Source: Candidatus Omnitrophota bacterium
GTDB lineage: Bacteria > Omnitrophota > Gorgyraeia > Tantalellales > Tantalellaceae
DNA: 64,000 nt
Direction: 5' to 3'
NCBI GenBank assembly: GCA_028715965.1
Contig: JAQUQS010000001.1
Location: 97,332-161,331 of the forward strand
Position numbers and translations under genes: made by a program. Below are positions 53,462 to 61,800 of this stretch, one piece after another. Below the pieces are notes generated by a model that saw only the letters and a program-made list of their open reading frames with translations, had not been told where the DNA came from and ran no database searches. Every line of letters starts with the position of its first letter. Position 1 is the first letter of the stretch.

Positions 53462-54757
53462 ATGAAAAAGGACTTTCCCGACAATTTCTTCTGGGGCGCC
53501 TCTACTTCGTCCTATCAGGTCGAAGGCAATAACACGAACACCGACTGGTGGGAATGGGAAAAAGCCGGATATACGGAACCTTCCGCCGCCGCGTGTGACC
53601 ACTACAACCGGTTCCGGGAGGATTTCGCCCTCGCTAAGGCCCTGGGACACAATGCCCACAGGCTGGGGATAGAATGGGCCCGCCTGGAACCCGAAGAAGG
53701 GTTTTGGGATGAAAAGGAATGGCTTCATTACGAACAGGTGCTATCTCTGCTGAAAGAGCTCGGCATAGAACCGTTCGTCACCCTGCAACATTTCACGCTT
53801 CCCTTCTGGCTGTCAAAAAAGGGCGGATGGACCAACGATGATTCAACAAGATACTTCGTACGTTTCGCGGAACGATGTATAACACGGCTAGGAAGACATG
53901 TTAAATACTGGATAACGATAAACGAGCCCCATATGGCCGCGTTCATCCCGCATTTCTACGGCAAATGGCCCCCGATGATAAAAGACCAGGGAACGGCGTT
54001 ACATACGCTTTTGAACATGCTTAAGGCGCACACAGGAGCCTACGCGGCCATGCACGCGGTGCACGCGGCTGCGCGTGATCACGATGGCATATCACATCCG
54101 TATATCGGCCTGGCCAAGGCGGTCGCGGCGTTCCATCCGTGTTCTGCCATATCCATACCGGACAGGATGGCCGCGGCGACGCGATCCGATTTCCACAATC
54201 ACGCTTTTATCAGGTCGGCGCTAAAAGGCGTAGTCGAGATCCCCGGATTGCCGAAAGAAAAGCTACCTTTATGTAACGCGATGGACTTTATCGGCCTGAA
54301 CTATTATTACCGCCAGTTCATCTCTAGCGGCAAACCCTGCCAGGAAGAACCGCTGGGAGGGCAATGCGCGCACGCGTCCCATCCGGGTGAAGGGCAAAGA
54401 ACGGACATGGGATGGGAGATATATCCTAAGGGGATCTATGAGGTCTGTATGACGTTCAGGAAATATAAAAAACCTGTGCTGATCACCGAGAACGGCATCG
54501 CGACAGGGAACGACAAGACCCGGACAGCGTATATAAACAGCCACCTCTTCTGGTTGTCAAAAGCCCTGAAAGACAAACTGGACCTCCGAGGATACCTTCA
54601 CTGGTCCCTGCTTGACAACTTTGAGTGGTCGGAAGGATATTCCAAGCGTTTCGGGCTGGTAGAAGTGGATTTTTCCACACAAGAACGACGCGTAAGGATG
54701 TCCGCCAAGCACCTGTCCCGGATCATATCCTCGGGCCTGGCCCCGCGGTCATCCTGA
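53462..54757 (+). CDS. Glycoside hydrolase family 1 beta-glucosidase.
   Basis: GH1 motifs are present: FFWGASTSSYQVEG; TLQHFTLP; NEP (acid/base); LITENG (nucleophile). The start was set at the ATG at 53462. The track start at 53426 is a TTG that overlaps the -10 box. Confidence 0.9.
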   Translation: MKKDFPDNFFWGASTSSYQVEGNNTNTDWWEWEKAGYTEPSAAACDHYNRFREDFALAKALGHNAHRLGIEWARLEPEEGFWDEKEWLHYEQVLSLLKELGIEPFVTLQHFTLPFWLSKKGGWTNDDSTRYFVRFAERCITRLGRHVKYWITINEPHMAAFIPHFYGKWPPMIKDQGTALHTLLNMLKAHTGAYAAMHAVHAAARDHDGISHPYIGLAKAVAAFHPCSAISIPDRMAAATRSDFHNHAFIRSALKGVVEIPGLPKEKLPLCNAMDFIGLNYYYRQFISSGKPCQEEPLGGQCAHASHPGEGQRTDMGWEIYPKGIYEVCMTFRKYKKPVLITENGIATGNDKTRTAYINSHLFWLSKALKDKLDLRGYLHWSLLDNFEWSEGYSKRFGLVEVDFSTQERRVRMSAKHLSRIISSGLAPRSS

Positions 54758-55693
54758 CACCTCATTAACATACGTTCTTATCTCGTCCAGTTCCGTATCC
54801 GACAATCCCCAGTCGGAGCTACCAACGTTATCCGCGAGTTGGGACACCTTCCTGCAGCCAACTATACAACTGGACACACCGGGGCAGGCAAGCACCCAGT
54901 TCATGGCGACCTGTGATACCGGCACTCCACGCGCTGAAGCGATCCCTTCAAGCCGGGAAACGAACGCTCTTGCCTTGCTCCAGAACGGTTCACGGTAAAA
55001 TTTGTACAGGAAAGACCTGGCATCGCTTTTCGCGAACTTCGGCGGTTCCTTGTACTTGCCGGACAAAATACCTCCACCGAGAGATCCGTATGAAAGTATG
55101 GATATCCCGCTTTCCGCGCAGAACGGTATGACCTCTTTTTCGATCCCCCTGTCAAAAAGGGAATATTGCATCTGGTCGGATGTTATCTCCGTAACAGCTC
55201 TGGCGGCAGCTATGAGTTCCGCGCTGAAATTCGATACACCGATATGTTTGATCTTCCCTTCGGACTTCAACCGTTCCAGTGCCGCGAACGACTCTTCCGG
55301 GGCAGTACCCGGATCAGGCCAGTGACACTGGTACAGGTCTATAACATCTGTCCTTAAACGTCGAAGCGAGCGCTCGATCTCCTCTCTTATGAAAGCGGCG
55401 GTAAGATTAGGCCTTATACCCTTTTCGGTCTTCTCCAATCCGCACTTGGTGGCCAGGACTACATGCCCTCTCTTTCCTTCTATCGCCTTCCCTATGACCT
55501 CTTCCGACCGGCCGTCACCGTATATCGGCGCCGTATCTATGAAATTCACGCCCAGGTCCAGCGCCTCTTTTATTACTTCCTCGGATTCCCTGTCATCGGC
55601 GCCGCCCCAGGAAGTATCGCCCCCGAACACCCAGCTACCAAGACACACGGTAGAGACCATGGTCCCGGTATTCCCGAGTTCCCTGAACTTCAT
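54749..55693 (-). CDS. Aldo/keto reductase.
   Basis: The 314-aa ORF has the AKR (beta/alpha)8 signatures (FIDTAPIYGDGRSEEVIGKAI..). Confidence 0.9.
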   Translation of the reverse strand: MKFRELGNTGTMVSTVCLGSWVFGGDTSWGGADDRESEEVIKEALDLGVNFIDTAPIYGDGRSEEVIGKAIEGKRGHVVLATKCGLEKTEKGIRPNLTAAFIREEIERSLRRLRTDVIDLYQCHWPDPGTAPEESFAALERLKSEGKIKHIGVSNFSAELIAAARAVTEITSDQMQYSLFDRGIEKEVIPFCAESGISILSYGSLGGGILSGKYKEPPKFAKSDARSFLYKFYREPFWSKARAFVSRLEGIASARGVPVSQVAMNWVLACPGVSSCIVGCRKVSQLADNVGSSDWGLSDTELDEIRTYVNEVSG

Positions 55694-55736
55694 ACTGCCC
55701 TCCTGTCTGTTCCATATCCATTCATGTCCTTTTCCT

Positions 55737-55763
55737 ATTATACTTCACCCGGGACAATTGCAA
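55737..55763 (-). promoter_or_regulatory. Candidate promoter for the aldo/keto reductase gene.
   Basis: The minus strand reads TTGCAA-N15-TATAAT, about 45 nt upstream of the AKR ATG. Confidence 0.3.
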
Positions 55764-55832
55764 AGATATTAATCTGACATACCAGGCATACGAGGCGGGT
55801 CCGGCCTTTGGAGGCCTGGAACATGAATGGCA

Positions 55833-58800
55833 TTACGCGGACCGGAGGAACATCAGGAGTTTCTGCTGGTCCTCTTTCCACGTGTTCACTACCGGGGTCA
55901 TGATCGGCAACGATATGCTGCCATCAAGGATCTTCTCGATAACATCCGGATCGTTCTCGTCGATGATGTCCGGGATGGATATCATCATCTTAAGATACCG
56001 GATGATGTTAGACCTCACTTCCTGCCTTACCTCTGATGGAGCCTCCGCCGCGGCCGCTTGTCTTTCGGCTATCCTCTTATAGTTCAATAATCCCTTGCCA
56101 AGCATCACATGGTTCACGAGGTCTATCATCCCGCCGGGCGGCAGGCTGTCCTCGCTGACCACGGCAAAGCTTTTCTCCGGGTCCGGCATAAGTTCCCTGA
56201 GCACTTTAAGCGCCATCTCCCTCATGTCACGGGACACGAACACTATGGCTTTCGGCGTCTTGTCCTTATAATGATCGTCGCCCATTTCACCTATTACCCT
56301 GGAAAAGACATCCCGGAACTCGGCTTCGGCATCGGCCGCTCCCGTGTTATATCCGCGCAGGATAGTATCCATCCGGTATTCTGAGCTTTTTCGTAATAGC
56401 TGTTTGAGTTCCGACTCAAGAGACACCTTGTCCGACATTGCCCCTACATCAGAAGGTCCGGGCGTTATTATCCAATCCGCCGTGTCGGGGACCATGTCAC
56501 CCATCATTACAGCGGCTGCCGTCATCTTCTTCTCCGGGGACGCCACAATATGATCTTCTTCCGCTTCTTCAAGAGCAAGCCCGGAATCTTCGCCTATTGC
56601 CACGGGCGCCGTCACCGGTCCCCGCGCGGGTATAAGGCTATCCATATCAAGCTCATCCGCTTCAAGGGGCGGATATTCCCTTTCAAGGAGAAGACCCCTG
56701 TAATCCGCGTCCATGAACGAGTTGAATATGGCCGCCACATTGCCGATGTGCCTCTTCAATTCCGCGGTCAGTATCTCTTCAGGATCAGCCAGCTCTCCCA
56801 TACCCATAAGTACGGCTACATCGGTCCATATCTCCTTTTTAAGCATATCCTGTCTGTCCGCGTCCATAAGACCGCTATCATCCCATACTATGTTCACGGC
56901 CGTCCTCAAGGCGACAAGGAATTTCCTGGCCTGTGAAAGAGCCTCGACCTCCGTCTCACCAAGCACCTGTTCCCCTCGTGTCAGGGTCATGGCATTCTCC
57001 CTGAAAGCGTCCGGGCGAGCCCAGTCCCACGTGGGCATACCCGCTACAGTACGCCCCATCCATGTTATAAGGTCTATCGTCCTGAGCCCACCACGCCCTT
57101 TCTTGGTATGGTAATTGCCGGGGTTAATGTATGTGATGGACCTCATCGGGTCAGCCATATCCATTTCATCCTTGCCCTCTACGATCGCCTTGAAATCCTG
57201 CCGGAGCACATATCTCGACATCAAATGTTTGAACGTCTCGGCGTCCCTTATCGCCTCCTCGAACCCTTTACGGATATCTTCAACTGATACCGGCCCGGAA
57301 ATATATCTCCAATCCATTATGGACCTCATACCCGCGATGTCCCTTTCCTCGAAGTAATCCAGATAATCCTTCTGGAATTCATCCATGGTAAGCGCTTTTA
57401 TATTGTGGTCCGCGCCCACTTCCGGATACGCGGGATAATCCAGAGTGACACCGGTTATCTCTCCGGCCAACATCCCGAACTCCGCGGCTTGCCTGCGAAG
57501 CGTAACGATGTCGTCCCGGTCCTTGATAAGGATGAACAGATCAAGGTCCGTCCCATAAGGCGCGGCTCGGCGCGCGTAACTTCCCATACCTATAAGGGTA
57601 ACTTTGTCGGCTATACCCATGAATTCCGCGAGCCTGATTATCGTATCGTCTATGAGGTCCGAATATGCCGAACCAAAGTCGAATTCCTTTCCGCTGAGGG
57701 CCGCGTCACGGAACTGGCCTTTAATGCCCTGTAGTTCCTCTCGGAATTTGTCCCTGGCATATTCCACATATTCTTCCAGGGTCGCGAAAACCTCACCAGC
57801 ATCCTCCTCTTGTTCCTCCCTGTATATTGTCGACCGCATGGCCGCGGCGGCCTGTTCGGGAGTAATACCGGTAAGTGAGGTGAATTTCGCCCGTTCCCAC
57901 TCAGTGTATGCCGCGTTCGCCCCTTCTTTATACGGAGCGGCGGCGTATTCAAACCCCATCATCATCCTCAAGCCTTCCGGAAAACTGTGCCTGTCGGGAT
58001 CGCGGTTATCGAAGACCGTGAGCATCCTCCATGGTGACCCGACGTATATTTCATCCAGCCACGGGTCCGAACTGAGATCCTCCCTCTCTCGCTCATCAAG
58101 TTCAGGCAGAATATCATTTATCGTGACCATGTTCTCCGTAAGGAGGTTTCCCGCGTTGTCCCTCAATAGGTTCATTTTCACGTCCTCATCCATATCCATC
58201 CCCAGAAAAATGTTCAACGCGAACGTGGCGACATATGGGATCGCCAATATCACCTCAATGTCTGGGCGGGCCGCGTCTATCATCGCGATCATCTCGTCCG
58301 CGTCCCATCCGGAGAAGGACGAGTCGTCAAAGATCACGACTTTCCCTCCATCAGGGATCCCGTCAAGTCTCGCGAGCCATCCAGAACGCGCGCCGTTCTC
58401 GTCATGGTTCGAGTATATTTCCACCGGTTCCCCGATATCGGCCCTTAAGGTTTCCCTCGCCATCTGGTATACATACATTTTCGACTTGTTGGACGTTTTC
58501 CCCAGTATCACGCCCCAGGCCCCCTTATCATAACCTTCCAGTTCCCGATTTATCGCTTCGGCCATGCTCCTTACTTTGTCCCGGAACTCCTCGAACGTTA
58601 TATATCTCAGATTGTCCAGGAGCGCGTTCCTGATCTCCTCCAGTTTGGAGACATGCTGCGGGAATTTTGCCTTATATTCCTCGAACTTGTCCGACACGTT
58701 GCGCCTAAGCGCGTCAAAGTCCCCTATGAGGCGCCTTTCCGGGACCTCGAATTCAGACCCGAGCGCTTCCAGGACTTCCGCATCTTCGGCGAAAGGAAGG

Positions 58801-61800
58801 GGCTCTTCGGGGTTATTCCGGCTCCACACCCAAAGGTTGCCTTTTTCCCCTTTAGCGGAATCCTCCACGATATTCAACTGGTCCGTGACCCCTACTCCCC
58901 ATAGTTCCAGGTCACTTTTCGCGAATACCCGGTTATCCATAAGAAGAGTCTGGTTAAATCCCGCCACGGGCTTGATCACTATTGTTCCGTCGGGCCTGAG
59001 TTTGTTAAGCAAACCCTCATTCTGCAACATGTTCACGAGATCGTTCGTTATGTCGGGTCCGGCGGGATTCATAAGAAGTATGCTGTCCAGGGAACCGTCG
59101 GGCATGGCCCTCAGGATATCCATATCCGCCCTGAGTATGGCCAAACGCGGATCGTTCCGCCTTTGCGCCCTGAGCCGACCCCTCTCCCAGTCCCTTGCCC
59201 ATCCCCCGTATAGAGGCACCTTGTTCTCCGTATCGTATATATCCGTGGCTATAACGGCCATATCCGGGTTCGCCCTTACCAGCTGGTCCGCGAACGTGGC
59301 CGTGCCACATCCTATTTCCAGCACGACCTTATTTATACCGCTCGCCGCGTCCGATCTTTTTCTAAGGATATCCAACGCTTTTCTCGCCTCGCCGGATGGG
59401 TTCCCCCGGGTCAAAAGATAATCCATTACCCCCGGCTCCGTCGTCCCTGTCCCCGAGCGCTCTCCCGTCCCGGGGAACATGGAATCCTTAAGACCCGCGA
59501 GGTCCGACCAATTGCCAAGCGTAGCGTGTAATGCCGTCATCACCCCGGCCATGAAGGTTATGTATGCCCCTGCCGGGGACGCGACCAAAAGGGGTGATAT
59601 CATCATTAACCCCGCGCCATAAATAAGCTCTGCTATCGGCCCCGACGCATAAATGACAGCTCCTTTGGCCCCTTGTTCAAAGTTCATGTGCCTCACCGCG
59701 AACGTGGGGAATATCCTCTTCCCGCGAGCGGTTTCCCAGCTCATCACGAATTTCGGCTTTGCCCCGAAGATCTTTCCCGCGATGAAATGCCCCACTTCGT
59801 GTATCGCTATAGCCGGGATGAAGAAAAGCGTCAAGATCAATATATTATTCAAGAGACCCGGTATCCCGAAATCGGTCCTGACACCCTCATCCGGCATAGC
59901 GGGCATATTAAGCAACAGCATCTCGACCGCCTGCGCTGATGTCCTTTGCAGCTCATAGTTGCTCCACCATCTTATTATGAGCGCCTGCCTGGCGGTAAGC
60001 CTGGAAGTATCATCCCGGTATTGGCCGAAAGCCTCCCTGACCGCGTCCATATCGTCCGGCGCGAAAAACGGGTCCTCGTTCCTGATCAGGTCGAAATAGT
60101 ACGCGGTCCTAGCTCTATAATGCTCAGCGAGGTCTTTCACTCCCTTAGCCGCAAGCTCACGGTCCTCCGGAGATACCGGTTCTCCGATACCTGCACCCCT
60201 CAGCTTGTCGAGCGCGGCAAGGGCCAGTGCCCTTATGACAAAATCCCTTTTCTCCTTCACCATGGTATCGTCCCTTGCCAGGTCCAGCATATCGGACACG
60301 GACACGGGCTTACTGTCATATACCATGATCTTTTCCGCGTACCCGGACGGCTGCTCTTCATACATCTCATATCTCATCTTAAGGATCCGGCCGTCATCAC
60401 CCCGTTTGTACGAGTTCAGTATACCTTCCACGACCGGGGTATTCCGCAGGACCCAGCCCTCCTCGCCAGGGGAAAGCCATAGCCAGTAATCCGCATCGTT
60501 CTCAAAACCGCTTATCTTCACTTCTTCGTCAAGGGACATACCGCTCTCTCTGTAATAGAAATGGAGCGCTTCATGTATAAGTCCGGAACGCAACATGTCA
60601 TCCGAAGCGAAATTTGATACCGGCAGGGCAATGAACCCTTTTTCCGTGTCCGCGTGCGCGTAATTCTTATCGGCCGAGAACCTGAGCTCTTTCGTTCTCA
60701 GAACGACTATCACTCCCTCTATCATGCGTCTCTGATCAGGGGTGAGCGCTTCCTTGATACTTTCGTAATGTGACGCTATGGCCCCGGCCTCGGCCTTCAT
60801 TCTTTCTGTGTAGCCGATATCGGCACCGGACACTCCTGAGAAAGACATGCTCGTGGATTGTCGTTGGAGCCCGGCCGTCCCGTCCCCTTCACCGGGCACA
60901 GGTGCCTTGCCAGCAGGTGACAGGGCATACAGCAAAAGGCTGATAAGGCCCATCCCAATGGTAAGAGAGACGCACAGACCGGGTTTCGTCCGGGAAAGGG
61001 CAAAAAGACGGTCCAGCTTTCCTCTGTAATCCACTCCCCTGATCGCGGATACAGCCCTTGATGACAACAGTTTAAGCGTAAAATGTCTAAGTACGTGATA
61101 TCCCAAAAGTGTTCCGACGACCACCATCGCGTGCACCGGAGTGAACCCGCTTATTAGTATCACGCTCACCACAATGAACGCCATAACGGCCTTTTTGTGA
61201 GCGTCGGAGACACGCGCGGGCATGTTCTCCTGCCCGGTCCCCCCGGTAGTACCGGCTTCCGTTCCAGCATCGCCGCTCACGCCCGGGCTCGCGGACGCAT
61301 CGACAAGCTCAGCCTGCGGTCCCAACGGCGGACCGGGGAGGGCTTCACGCCTTTCTTTTCGCGCTTCCGCTACCAGTTCGCTCACCGGTATGCTCACGGG
61401 TCTTCCGATCTCCTTACCATTCCTCATCAAGGCACAATTCAACGTTCCCGACGTGCTGTCGTAAACCACACTCAGGTTCCGGGCGTCTTCCCCTATCGCG
61501 TTTATCACGTTCTTGATATTTCCGTTCTCCCTGCCAAGTTCGGCCAGCACACGCACGGCGGCGCGGAACGCATCTATCTCTTCCTGTCCGCACACGGCTT
61601 CGGCAAGTATCGGGTTGAGCTTGGACGCTACGGCCATCATGGATGCCTTGGCTATCACCGAGCTCAGCATTCTCTGGAGATCCGTGGTCTGGCCGGCTAA
61701 TATCTCATAATACGGGTCCTTGAAATCATCTTTCACGGTGAACTTGGGGAGTATGGATACGTACGATATACCCTTTTTCCGGAAAAGCTCACAGATATTC

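Noticed and set aside
55694-55832. Terminator hairpin downstream of the giant gene
   Set aside because: GGCC-tttgga-GGCC is only a 4-bp perfect stem and there is no U-tract, so it is too weak to call.
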